Part shown: positions 1 to 61,100 of the stretch, in pieces | Layout of the letters: each line of letters starts with the position of its first letter | How positions within the stretch are numbered: position 1 is the stretch's first letter | NCBI GenBank assembly: GCA_012295275.1 | Contig: CM022667.1 | Location: 310,001-374,000 of the forward strand | Length of the DNA stretch: 64,000 bases | Reading direction: 5' to 3' | DNA from: Chrysomallon squamiferum | Lineage: Eukaryota > Animalia > Mollusca | Notes under the pieces: model-generated | Database searches by the model: none | What the model was told of the DNA's origin: nothing | The model's input: the letters and a program-made list of their open reading frames with translations, nothing else | Made by a program: the position numbers and the translations under genes

Positions 1-138
1 AAAAATAACAGTAATTAGATTGTGACAAATAAGGATATCATATTTTTAAGATGACCTGACTGACCTTTATAGAAATCAATGTATTTCTTACAACCGATTT
101 ATCTCAAATTGTTAACACGTTATTTATCTATCAAGCTA

Positions 139-187
<49 letters not shown>

Positions 188-226
188 TTATTTATTTATT
201 TATTTATTGATATATTTTTTTTACAG

Positions 227-46695
<46,469 letters not shown>

Positions 46696-47149
46696 CAATG
46701 AAATAACAATTAAAAAAAAAAAAAAAAGACTTTGATGCTCAAAAAAAGAAGAAAGAAAAAATGACCCTTCTATGACTATTGACATAATCTGTACAATTTG
46801 ACTGGGAATGGGACCATACAAAAATAAAAACAAAAACAAACAAACAAAAAACTATGTGCCTATGTGCTGCCATTGGTATCACTAATTGCAGCTTCCATTA
46901 GATCTTTTTAAAACTAAAGTCTCCAAAAATAGAAATATTAAAAAAAAAAAAACACAACTAAGAATTGCAGCTACTTGCTGACCTCTGAACTTACAAATGA
47001 AATACGCCAAGTTATGTCCCTTTGTGAATTGTTTGCAGTTCTGGGTTGGTGAAATGGAAATCTGAGAGATTCTGTAACATTTTTCTGATTGTGAAAGATT
47101 ACCATTGTATTAAAGTGCTAAAAGAAAGAAAGGATGACTGATGAAAAAT

Positions 47150-47380
47150 CAAATACAAAAAGAATGATGAAAAATGAAATAAAAAAAGAATGATGAAAAG
47201 TGAAAAACAATACAAATGATGAAAAGTGAAATACTAAAAAGGAAAATGTGAAAGACAAGAATGATTAAAAGAGAAATGCAAAAAGAATGATGAAAAGTCA
47301 AAATACCAAAAAGAATGATGAAAAGTGAAATACAAAAAGAATGATGAAAAGTCAAAATACAAAAAGAATGATGAAAAGAG
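47150..47380. repeat. ~26-bp purine-rich minisatellite downstream of the CMIP stop
   Basis: AAATACAAAAAGAATGATGAAAAGT(G/C) units. Confidence 0.85.
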
Positions 47381-50300
47381 AAAGACAAAGATACTGAACC
47401 ATGATGAAGAATGAATACAAGTGGAAAGAATTTTCTAAAGTGAAACACAAAAAGAAAGAATATTGAATGATAGCATAAAAGAGGTAATATCTCATCCAGT
47501 TGTTCAACAAGATTACCATAAGGAAAAAAAATTCTTAAAAGGAAAAAAAGAACAAAAGAAGAAATGACTAAAAATCAAATTTCAGAGATGTTATCTCAAG
47601 TGATTTCCAGTGTTCATATATTTGTGAGAATGAAAAAAAAACCGAAAAAGGAATGAGCAACAAGGAAACAAAAATTGAAACAAAACAAGAAAGAAGCAGC
47701 AAGAAATAAATCAAATATTAGCTTCATAATCTCATAACATTTTCCATTATAAAGATTTTCTGTTTCTTTTAAATTTTTTTTTTAATTTGTTTTCCAGACC
47801 TTACAGATAAATCATGAAATGTTAGATTTTTCTCAAGCGTAAATTTAATTTTTAAATTTTATGTATTTTTTAATTAACATTGGACAAGAGTAATAATTCA
47901 GATTTAGAAATACATAATCTTGCACATTTTGATCAATTTTAAACTTTTTTTAAATCTTAATCTTAAATTTTTTTTACCCCCAAAAATCAAATTGGAAATT
48001 GTTTCCTTACAGAATTTCTAGTTTCAAGAGTAATGTTTCATGACAGCAACAAATTTTGAGAAATATCTTAATTCTGAATAGATGTTTTTTTTTTATTCCA
48101 TTATAAAATCATTTATTTTAGAATTGTATTTTGCTTTTTTTTATCAGAAAAGAAATTCAAGAAATACATACAGTTAGAATTCCACATATTAGATAACTAA
48201 TATGAGTCCAAAGAAGGATGCCATATATATTATTTAAAAAAAGTATATAATTCTGTAGAGATATTTAAACTTATATTATATTTTGACTTAAGAATTGTTA
48301 AGGTTCATAGAATTTTAAGATGGAAAGTAAAATCAAGAAACATAGTATATTTAACAAAATATTTAACCTTAACTGGAAACAAGATTCCAACATAAAATAT
48401 TTAAATATAAGAAAGTGCATAATGCTGTAGACTTACTGAAACTAATATTTTACTTATATTCAGATGTTTGTAAATCTATGTAAAAATTGATTTATAATCC
48501 AAACAAGAAACTTTTATGATCATCATTGCACTGCAGCCTCCAATAAATTTTGGTATTTATAAAATATATTTGAGTTTATCAACCATATAAAACAGGAAAA
48601 GAAAAAAGTATTATATATATATATATACATATATATAAATTTATTATTATTATTATTATTTTTAAATAAATCTTTAGTTGACCTTTAATATTATTTATTA
48701 TATTTCCTTTCTTGGAAAATTTCTAGAAAAATCTAGAATGTGAACATACAGGAATGTGTTATTTAAAAAAAAAAAATAATTGATTTTAAAAATCTGTAAT
48801 TTTCAACACGAATGCTAATTAGGTGAAAAATCCGTCCTTGTATGGTTTATAAAAATCTTAAAATGAAATAAAAAAGAAGAAAGAAAAATAAGAAAGAGAA
48901 AAAGACAGCATCCAAAGAAAAATAATGAAAATGAAAGAAAAAAAAAAGAAAAATTAAATGAAGTAGAAGATTTTTTTTTTTTTTTCAATAATCGAGGCGT
49001 TGGTCAATATCTGTAATAACATGCCTTGTGTGAAATGAAAAATCAATATTAAATTGTTCATGAACAGGAAAAAAAATAAAGTGCAATGATATAAAAGTGC
49101 ATTTGTATTAGATGCAGGATTTAGAAAGCTAAGAAATAACACTGTTGATTCTCATCATAACTTCAACAAAAAACAAATAAATTGTGGTTTAAATTACATA
49201 ATTATACCGACACAGGAAATATATTTCTAAGCAACTTGAAGACATTATAATTCTCTTAAAAGTGTTTTTATATATTACAGTGTTTTGATAGTGTTTTGTT
49301 TTCTTTTTTTTTTTAAATGTATAATTAAACAAAAAAACAAACAATAATTTTTCAACATTTTTTTACAATCATGTATACTACAAAAATTACATTATTTATT
49401 TCAGAATTTTGGTGTGTTTTCTGTGTCTTCAGACATACTTTTCAGATTTCAGTTTCCAGGTCTGTTGAAAAGAAAAATGGATCTGACTACATGAATGAAA
49501 AACTTAAATTTATATACAAATAACAACATGAGCACCTAACGTGATATACAGGATGCTGTGTTCTTCAAATTATAAAATATTCAAAAAAAATAATGTCTGA
49601 TTCGCAGTTTTAAATATTTTTTTTTATTTATCTCAAATTAATAAGCATTCTAACAATCTCACTGCAGATATGGTAGATATATTGGGTGCAAAAAAATTAA
49701 TTAATTAATGAATAATAATAATAATAATAACAATAAAACATATTTATTTATTTATTTACGTATTTATTTATTTGTAGATAAACTAAAATTAACACGTTCA
49801 GTTCAAAAATGGCTTCTTAACAAAAGTGGTGCTTTTTAAAAACAAAAAATAATTATTAAATCTTCTTCTTCCTGTTCTCCACCCTACCCCATTCCATTAA
49901 CAGGCAGACTCTTTGATCAGCATCTTCTGAATGTATGCCTTTGTTAATCTCGTTTCAATCTACCAAATTATAACTTTTTTTTTTTTTTTTTTATTATTTT
50001 GAAATATCATAACTCTTTTCTATCACAAACAATGCATTTATACATAAACCTGTGAGCTGTGCTCGCAAACTGTTTCTACGACTTGTAACAATTTTCAGTG
50101 TACAAATGAATCTTATGTATATGTTGTGATATTTTTATGTCTTGTGTTTTATTTTTATTTTTAATTTTTAATTATTATTTTTTTTTTTTCAAGTTGTAGT
50201 AATTACGAAAAACTATGTTCTTGAAACAATCAAAAACTGATGTTTTTATTTATTTATTTATTTATTATTATTATTATTATTGAAAATTGACGTAATATGA

Positions 50301-53300
50301 AGTGAAAGCCATCTTGTTGAGCAAGATGGACGTCGTGTTTTGTCTGAAAGTATATTCTGATAATATAGTGCTGACCTGCAGGCCTTAACTATTTGTATAT
50401 TTTACATTGTGTATATATTGCATGACCTCAGCATATTTTGATACACCTGTAACTTTATATATTAATATATGTGTGTTATGTGTACCGTTATTGTTACTAA
50501 GGCTTTCCAGAATCGTTAATAATGTTGATGGTGATTCTACTGAAAAGACCTCATTAAATAATAATAATAATAATTTAAAAAAAATGAAAGAGAATTTTTA
50601 CAATAAATGTTGCAAAATATAAGGAATCACCTTTTAAATTTTTTGACAAATTCAGATTAAAAAAATAGATTTTTTATTTATCTTTTTATTTATTTATTTT
50701 TTTGTTGTTGGTATTTTAACGTTATTTAGAAATATACCATTTTTTTTTACTGAATAGTTGTTTAATATTTAATCAAGCATTGTAACTTTATACACATGGT
50801 AATTAAAAGAAATTTTATATCATGATAATTTTTAAATTTGAAATCTGACACCGTTTTATATTAGTGGCACCAAAAAGAATTTTAATTATTTCAGTAGCAG
50901 GAAAATGTTGAATTTGTACCCTGCTTTTCTGAAAGTACTCTCACTTTTAATATACTTGTCACTGAGCACTTTCTGAAATAGGAAATAGCAAAATGAAGCT
51001 ACCAGAATATATTACTTCAAGTGTTTATGTATTCTGGTACTGCAGAAAGGTTGGATTTATTGCATTTTGTAAATGGTTTTTTTAAGAGATAAAATTTCAG
51101 AAGAGTTTAATTCTCATTCTCTGAAGAATTAACCTAACCTGGCAACATTCTGAATTAGTGTTTTGAAAAGAAAAATGCACAACTGTTATGTCATGTTTGA
51201 ATGCATTGAAATTAATATTTTATCCACATATTCTAGAAGTACGTTCACGTTCTGCGTTTTGGGAATATAATGTATTGGGTTACCAAAACAGTTACTCAGT
51301 AAAAAATCTATAAATTGGACAAATGTCATTTATTTGTGAGCCCAGAGCAACATTGTTGTTCATTAGAATATATTATTCATTGGTAATCTAATTTTTTTAG
51401 ATTTATTTTTTATTATTTTATTATTTAAAACCAATTTTTTTATTTCGATATTATTATTACTAAGATCTTTCTCTGCTGTTATTTAGCAACTAGGAGGTGA
51501 TTAAAAATAAAATAGGAAACAATAAATTTGTTAAATTAAAACTATCACCAAGATGCTGGAAAGACCTTACATTTTTAAATATATTAATCTTTTTTTTTTT
51601 TTTACCTTATTTTTACACAGCATAATACAAAAATCATTATTTCACCTGCAATTTAGTTTTTTTTCATTATACCTTTTTACATGCTATCTTGTTTTAGTTT
51701 CATGGTGTCATTTTGATACAGAAAATCAAAATTTTGGAATCAGTTATTATTTATTTATTTCACAAATTAGCAAATAACAATATGTCAAGTTAAAAGTTGA
51801 CATCGAAAGTTAAACATTGATTTTATTAACTTCTGTTATAAATAAAGCAAATCGGTATTTTAAATTAGGCAGAAAATATTTTTTAATTGAGGTTCAGAAT
51901 ATTTTTTCCCACAAAGCAAAATTCAAAATCCTGTTTCAGTTGGCTTTTTGTTAATGTATGATAGCTATATTTCTTTTTTTTTATTTATTTCCAAACATTG
52001 CTTTTGTACAAAAAAACATGTCTTGTGTAAGCATATTTTTAATTTATCATTGGAACATTTTCATGCACTACTTGTGTACATTGCATTTTTTAGCCTTGCA
52101 TTCTTGAATATGTCAGACATGAATGTATGTGTGCATTTTGTGAATATATGGCTTCAAGATGACTCAATTTGTTTTTTGTCTTTTTTCACTGAGAACTGTA
52201 TTTGTGAAATCCTTTCCCAGTCTCTAAAATGCAGTTTATTATAAACGAGAAAAAAGAAATTCAGTTCATTCATAAATGCCCTTTATTATAACAAAATGTA
52301 ACAAACAATGATTTATAAAAAATATTTTACAGTTAATGGAATCTTCATGTAAACAACAATTTTATTGATAACATACATATGTCATCTAAATTAAGTACAC
52401 ATTCTCTAGAAAATCCATTATATAAAATTTATTTCGGAAAACTCTGACATGTACTAAACATTCTTGTACAAACTCTTCCATTATTTATTTTCTTTTGTTA
52501 CCAAAAGTTTCACAGTAAAACAAGGTCTACAAACTGGACAAATGTCATATTACTGTGGACCCTTGAACAATGTTGATGTCTGTAGAAAACAATTAAAAAA
52601 AATAATCTGTAATTCGTCTTTATAGAAAAGACGGTCTGAAACAACAGTGGCATGCTTTAGTCAGACAAAAGATACGGTTGATGGAATCCAGGTGAAATAA
52701 AATAAATATAGCACATTTTCTTCATTAAAGCTTGGAAACCGATTATTTGTATTTGTTTAACTATACAAATGGTACCAGGACATTTTACCACAACTACTCC
52801 TATTTATCACTGCACTGATCTAAAGGGTATTTACAATAAAAAAAAATTAAAAATAAAATAATAAAGATTGTTAACTCAAAAGATATTAAAATTAAAAATA
52901 TAAAAATTCCTTATATCGCAAGTATTTTAAATAAGCAGTCATCAATTCTGTAATTTTATCCAGTATGGAAAGTCTAATGTCTAAAGTTTTAATTTGTTTG
53001 CATAAAAGAAATAAAGTTAATGATATATTTTTCTGTGAGCAGTTGAATTGAGATCAGTCTAACATATTTATGTGATAAATATAAACTGCCTATAATAAGT
53101 AACTAAACAAAAGAAAAATGAACAACAAAAAACAGAAAAGAAAATAATAATAACAAGAACAACAATAATCATTTTTAAAAATACACTTCAAATACTGAAA
53201 ACAAAGGAAGATCTCGAGTATAAAAGTTAATAAATTAAAAAATTACAACCCCCCCCACCAAAAAAACCTTTATGAGCACACATAATATGTTTTACCAGAT

Positions 53301-54335
53301 TGTCAGCATGTTACTTTATTACTATCTTCTGACTTAAAAATTAGATTAAAAACACATTACATCTAAAGCAACATAAAATATATTATCACAAATTTCAATA
53401 TGAAGCTACTGTATCCCCTATAAAAAACTACATGCTACACTAGTAATATGCTTATTTTGAGCACAACTGAAAATAAATTTATTTCTAAAAGATACATTTT
53501 TTTTTTTTTTTTTTAATAACAGTCAGCTCTAAAAAGCTATCATCACAGTTTGAATTTCAGTATTTTGTTGATCAAAAACAGTTTTATCCACTTTTGATTT
53601 GGCACTTGGTCACCTGGTTATTTGAGAAACTTCTGCGTGAGAAACAAACAGATCCACTCAGCTGGCAGTCACATTTGTTTTTGTCCAACCTGTTTGGTTT
53701 GATATTCATTTCCATCTCACACTTCTTAACACAAGTCTTAAAACAGTTTCTCGTTTTCCTGTCTTATTAATGGGAACTTCTAGAAAAGTTAGCACCTCAG
53801 AGGAAGAAGGCAGAACTTTGAGGTAAAAAGCACATTTCATTTTAATGACATTCTGCTGACGTAGAAAAATAGTTTGTATTCAAAACAGTCTTAAGACACC
53901 AACTGTTTATAAATGCTTCAATAAAATACGACCAAATTAAACTTGTTTTTTTATGATGACATAGTGATTTGTTTTCCGCTTAAACAATAACATCTAGACG
54001 ACAAATAAACTGAGGTTAAAAGTGGTTATCTGTAATAATGGTAATTTTACAACTAAACAGTTCCCAGAGACATCATTCTAACATGGAAAACAAAAAATAA
54101 AAAGCATCAGAAAATAATCCAACAAGAATCCATACTCTGAATTGTCGACCAATCAAATATTATCTTTTATGTGTTTGGTCAAAGGTATCCAATAGAAAAG
54201 ATGCATGGCAGCCATTGAGGATGAATAGAAAAAAAAAAAAAAAGTTTGAAATGTCTGTTGCATGATCTGCTCTTTTTGAAATAATTTTGGAGTTTAAAAC
54301 CAAAAAATATATTAATAACAAAAAATAATATATAT

Positions 54336-54474
54336 CTACAATACAGATTTATATTTGCATGCAAACATGATCCATGTTGCACAGGCTGATTCTGGATATG
54401 CAAAGATTCGAACTCTAACTGCCAAACGTACGTGATCACCCCTGCAGTTGACAATCTCCTCACACACTTCAGAC
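54336..54474 (-). CDS. CEP76: CEP76 exon 12 (SEVCEEIVNCRGDHVRLAVRVRIFAYPESACATWIMFACKYKSVL*)
   Basis: tttcag| ... TAG at 54338-54336. Confidence 0.93.
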
Positions 54475-55849
54475 CTGAAAGAAAACAACATTACTTTCTA
54501 ATTCATCTTTGAAACCATATACTAACAATGCTTAATTATCAGTATTTGTCTTTAAAAGGATACACTAACATTTCACATTTATTATTTATTTTATCTTCAA
54601 AAGGATACACTATCATTTCATATTTATTATTTATCTTCAAAAGATACATTAATATATCACATTAATATTATTATTTATTCTATCTTTAAAAGAATACGTT
54701 AACACGGTGAATTTATTATTATTTATTTTATCTTTCAACGAATAAACTAACATTTCATATTTTTTATTATTTATTTTCATTTTTGAAAGTATACATTAAC
54801 ATGGCATATTTATTATTATTTATTTTATCTTTAAAAAGTATATACAAAGATTATTTTTTTAATTTTTATTTTAATGGTTTATGCAGAATATATTCTCTGG
54901 TTCCTTAAATGTAAAAGATAATGTTATGAATTAGTATACGTTGTTTTTGACATGTCTAAATGTAACTTATGGAGGTTTGTATCTGTAAATTATGTTCAGA
55001 AATACTGTTTTGCATAAAATTGATTTTACAATAATTTATGCCTGATTATTTTTATTTTTTTGTGTAAATTTTGGGTGTTATTCTATTGTTTTATGGGACA
55101 TGGAAAAGAATGTTAAATTTTAATAATCTTTCTTTGAAATTTAAATGAATTTCAAATGCAAATAATATTCAAATACTGAAAACTGCTTATAGTATTGCAA
55201 AAATTTTGCTATAATGTCAGAGGTTTTCTTTAGTAATAATCAATGTGGGGGGGGTTTAATGTTTGTTTTGCTTTTTATATAATACTGAAGTTAATATTTA
55301 ATTTTCAAATTTATGACAAAACTACAATGATATTCTGCCCCTTCAATGAAATAATTAATCTTCTCTGAAACTATTTCATGATTAGCACCAAACTGACAGA
55401 AGAAAATAAAAGGAAAAATGTGAATGATCAGAGAATAAAACTTTACCTTAAACAAGTAGCAAAGGCTTTCCTGGCATTACGGTGTGTGAACTGAATGGGG
55501 TAACCTTTAAAGGTGTGTCCATCGGGCACAGCCTGCCTCACTGCATCCTGAAATTCTTCATTACCAGCTGTTAGTCCTGGAAAGAGTAAGAAAAAATATA
55601 ATAATAATAATACCAATAATAATAATAGTAATAGTAATAGTAATAATAGTAGTAGTAGTAGTAGTAGTAATAGTAATAGTAAAATAATAAAATAATAATA
55701 ATAATAATAATAAAATAACAGTAAATTCATTATTACATAACAAAATTATTTTTACTATTACATCATTATGTGCTGGGGTTTTAATTCTGAAAATGAAAAG
55801 ATTTAATATTAATAATAATTAATAACAATTAATAATATTAATAATAACA

Positions 55850-55886
<37 letters not shown>

Positions 55887-58800
55887 TACAGCAATTTATA
55901 AGGCAAGTGCAAAAAAATGTTTTTAACCTTTTTAAAAATAAAACTATTAAAAATACCTGTTACACGCTCCAGTTCATAAGCTGCTAAACCTGGTGTGAGG
56001 AGATAACTCAGCTGATCATCCCAAGTGGTTGTCAGCCCTTGATCCTACAAAACAAAGACAGATGAATGATAATGTGGTTTAAACAATGAATTCAAATATA
56101 TTTATTCATTAACAGTGAATTTTGTTTTTATTTCAATAGTGCATCATTTTTTTAAAAATCATTTAAAATAACAGAACAATTTTTCTACTTAAAATGTTTA
56201 TGTTTGCATGTATGTACATCATGTTTGTATATATGTATGTATATGTGCTATGTATGTATATGTGCTATGTATGCCTGTACATGTGTATGTGTGTGCATGT
56301 TTGTATATATGTCTGTGTGTATGTATGTGTATATGTCTGTGTGTATGTATGTGTATATGTCTGTATGTGTACATGTATGTGTGTATATAATAATTTACTT
56401 ACTCTTCTGTGTTCGGTGACAATTACTCGAAGCTGTTGCTCCATATCGTTGCTGACAAGTGCGGAATCTAGAATGGAAGGACTTACAGGGGGTGGGGTAG
56501 GCCACTGTGGACTTGACCCTGGCCCACACACAGAAACAATTGCATCTTCAGGCATGGCTTTCCAGTGAGATTCATTGTGCAGGTCAAACTTACACACTTC
56601 AACAGCATCAGAAGCCTAATAAGTCAAATTCAATAAGTTCACTCAGAAAACACACGACATTTAAAAAAATTATAAAATTCTGTACAATTTATATTTCGTT
56701 TATTTTGAGGTAACTTTTTTAAAAGGTTAAAAAAACAAAAAAATTATAAAAAAAATGATGTCTGGTTTGATCAAGCTTTAAACTATTTTGTTTGTTTGTT
56801 TGTTTTTTGCTTCTTTAATAATGTATTTTATTTTGGGGTTTTTTTTAAATATTAAAAAGATTTCAAGACTTCTGGATAGAAAAGTGAAAAAAAAACAGGT
56901 TGGTACCTGGCTGTTTGCATAGAAAGATCGATGGTTGAAGACACAGCCTACTGTCTTGTATGGATACTTGGGCCTTGGGGGCCTGGACATGGGTGGATCT
57001 CTAGGATCTAATGGATCATGAATGTATCTGGAAAAAACAAAAAAAATCATTTGTTTGCTATATAAAATTATTATTATTATTATTATTAAATTTTTACATT
57101 TTCAGAATTAAAAACTTCATAATGCAATAATGTAACAATAATAATTTAAGTACTTACCAAGAACAAGATAGAAGCAAAATTTATAATAAGTTTATAAAAT
57201 TATTTGTCTGCTATATAAAATTGTTATTATTATTATTATTAAATTTTTACATTTTCAGAATTAAAAACTTCAAAATGCAATAATGTAACAATAATAATTT
57301 AAGTACTTACCAAGAACAAGATAGAAGCAAAATTTATAATAAGTTTTACATTCCATAAAAATCACACATCTTGTGTTAAATGAAAAAATCTTGCAGAAGT
57401 AACTCAAACATCTTGAGACAACAATCAAAATTTTTTTTCTAAAATTTATTTTTTAAACCAAGACCTTGTATTAACGAAATCGATAGCTAAGAAATAAATT
57501 CACATTTTAAGAATATTTCAAGAACGTGATTTTCAAAACACTTGACATACCTGTGTCCATTCACACTTTCCCAGAAAGTGACCAGTCCATCTGTAGTGAT
57601 TGTGGCAACCCAGGCATGTACAGCTCCTTTAGCTTTAGTGCCAACACACACATACGCGTCCAGTCCAAAACCCTGAAGCAGACTGCACAGTAACACTGCA
57701 TGATCTTCACAGTCCTGTAACAATGATCTTCATCAGTTAGTTTAGACATTATCCTAGTATACCATATTCTACATACAGCTGATTTGATTAGATATAGGGA
57801 CAATCCTAGTATATCATATTCCACATACATCAAACTCAGTTAGGCATAAAGACAACTATTTACATGTTGTTAAATGTTCACTGTCACAATTATTTCATTT
57901 AAAATTACAATAGTAATGTTTCTTTGGTTATACACAGATAACAATATATGATTGTCTTCAAAAAACCATAGAGTCACAATAAAATATCTATCAACCTATT
58001 TATTTTTATGCAGAAAAAACATAGGTTTATTTTCAAGATATTATTCACAAAACAAACTACCAACCAATTTATAGTAGACCATGTATCATGTTTTTACTGT
58101 TTGTTGTTTTTTCATCTTATGAACTCAAAAAAGTTTGATCAAGCCATTTATTCCCTAAATGAAAATGTATTTATCTTCTAGTTACTACACAAAACAGGCT
58201 ACCTAACCCGTTATTTGTACTCAGAAAACAGTATATATTTGTTTGATCTTCAACCCACTGTATAAAAGTGAATCTACCTACCCCTTTATTTTTACACAGA
58301 AAGCCATGCATGTTTGTCCACTGCTCCACCTTGTCTCCTCCCCCAAGGGTGGCCAACTTTTCGTTGTGTATCAGGCTAACAAAGCGGGACGCCTGCCTCG
58401 GCGTGTCCAGCAGACGTCCAGCCCTCAGAGGCCGGACATAAGAGCACACTGGCCGATTGGTGGCATTTTCATCCTGGACAAAGCAAAGAAAAACATCCAA
58501 ACTGAAACATTACAATATTAATTTAGATTTACTGATAAAAAATTTTAATAATAACAATGAAATAAGTATTCAAACAGAACATAATTCTTGGTCATATCTG
58601 AAATAATGCTATTTATTAAGACTTCATCATCTTTGGGGTTCTGTTAACTCAGTTTTATCTGCTATTAGTTATAGTCGGATGGACATTATAACTTAAAATA
58701 TTTAAAAATAAACTTGGATACTGCTTGGCCCTGCAAGCCAACATCATAAAGGTCCTAACTGTTAAGGCAGCTCATTACTGATAGTAAATTGAAATAGTTG

Positions 58801-61056
58801 CTTTCGAATGTTGAAAGTCTAATTATGAAAACTTTCTGAAATGAAGTTCAACTCTCCCTGAATGAGGTCTACCTCCAGCTAAAAGCTTTTTGGCAGATTC
58901 TTGTCAAGTTTAATTTAATTCAAAATACCTGAGCAAATATTTTCACGAGCCTGTCTTTGTGTGACTCTCTGATCTCGAGGTATGCCTTCCACCACTGTTT
59001 GGCAAAGACGAGGAAAAGTCGCTCTCTCTCAGACTGGCGAGTCCTTTCTAGGTTGAGCTGTGTGCGCAGGACATTATCTTCAACTGTCTGTGTCAGCTTT
59101 GGGAACAGTTCCAATTGTACATCTAATATACCAACAGTAACCTTGCTTTCTGCGCCTGTTAAATAAACACGTATAATAATGTTACGTTCATAAAATTTAA
59201 TGGGGAATTTATGTGCTTGATTTCAACCTGTTAAATAACACAATATAATATTATGGTTATAAAGTGCTTGCTTTTTGAACCTAAAGAATTTAGCCTGCAT
59301 AATCTTAACTGAAGTTAATTATAGGGTCGATTGCATAATAATAGTAATTTATACAACAAAAAAACCCACATGCTAATAAATTCATTACAATAAAAAATAA
59401 TAACTTTGAATACAGCTATCCAAAAAACAGAAAAATAAGAAAATTGAAGGTAGATAAATATGACATGACACACATATATAAACATGCTTATTATTAATTT
59501 AAGCTGTTGTTAGCATATCAGACTAACAAATGTTGAACTAACCTGTCCCTTTTAACTCGACAGAAAGCTTCAGTGGACCACTGTGTGCAGTTAGTGCAGA
59601 ACGCCACTCGAAGAAGTGCGAAGATACCAGAGTTGTGTCCCCTGTAGAATCTGTCTTGATAAGAACTAGGTGGACGAGATCAGACATGACAACAATGAAG
59701 CTGCGTCTGCCATACGTCCTGCATCACCTGTGATAATTATTAATATTCTGATAATTACCACAGGTTATAAAAAAGCTGAATTATACACTCTCTATATAAC
59801 AACAAAGCTGAAGTGACTGCTGATAACAAATGGTGTTGATTATTATAATGTGTCTGATCCTAAAAAAAAAAAAACTTTAAAAAAATATTTAAAATGCAAA
59901 AATGTAAAACATTATATCTATAAGAAACAACAGATGAAATGTTCAATTTAAGATGCACACCACACACTTTTAAACTATTTTTGGTTATATGGCATTAGAT
60001 ATGCAGCAAAGGATAACCTGCCAGAGACAAAATCTGCTGCCAATATTCTAACATCTACCTTCTTTCACTTTAAGCAACGCAAACAGAAACCTCTGCAGTT
60101 ATTTTTGTATTTATTTTTGTGCACTGCATTGACACTTACTAATGTAAATTTTTAGATAAAATCTATGAGAACTGTAATTAACAGTTCTCTTTGAGTGTAA
60201 AATGTAGTATTCTAACCCGCAGATTCTTTGTGCAGTTCTAGTAAAAATCCCTCGTCAAATTCGGGCTCGCAAGGCACAGGCTACAGGCCGGGATCGGAAC
60301 CTCTGTCCGCGGAAATAAACATGCAGTGTGAAATAGGTGCTGACCTTTTGACCTGGAATAGGATCTGGGTCCTGAAGATGTTCAAGAAAAGCTTTGCCGG
60401 CCTGAACATACAGATAGAGGTATCGTCTCGTTGGATCGATGTTAGCTGAAACCAATAATATTAACGATACTAGTAACAACAATAATAATGATGATGTTGA
60501 TGATAGTGGTGGTGGTTATGATGATGTTGATGATAATACTACACAACAGATATGTTTCACAAAATAGGTTGAAATATTTGTTATTAAGCAGAAATATTTA
60601 TAAATATTTATCTTCAGGGATGAAATCTAAAATGATCACCTTTTTTTGTTGCCAGGTGTTTTAAATGATCTTCTCGGTCAAGGAAATGAGTTGCTGGAGG
60701 AATAATGTGTGTTTCTCCATCAAACTGTAATCTCTGCAATATGTCATCTACAACTCCCCTCTGTCGAAGCCTCTGCATTATCTGCTGTTCACTGATATTT
60801 CCTTGGTTAGCAGAAAATTCTTCATTTATGGTGTCTGACAAAATATCACGTATTTTTGTCTGGATGTTCATCTATAAATAAAAAGCATATTAATGAGTTT
60901 GACAGAAAAATTATATTAATTTTTTTAATTTATTTATTTATTTTATTTTTATTTTTTAAAATCTATTTGAAATATTTCCTAGTCACTGAATCATTACAGT
61001 TATGACATTCATACCATAAAGTTGTCAACTTCAAAGACAGTCAGTGTTTAAAATAA

Positions 61057-61100
<44 letters not shown>

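Noticed and set aside
57921-57931. TCTTTGGTTAT matching the 5' end of miR-9
   Set aside because: The match stops after 11 nt and no precursor hairpin is evident.
59724-60272. CEP76 frameshifts as a functional compensated alternative frame
   Set aside because: The intervening frame has two stops and conservation follows the original frame.
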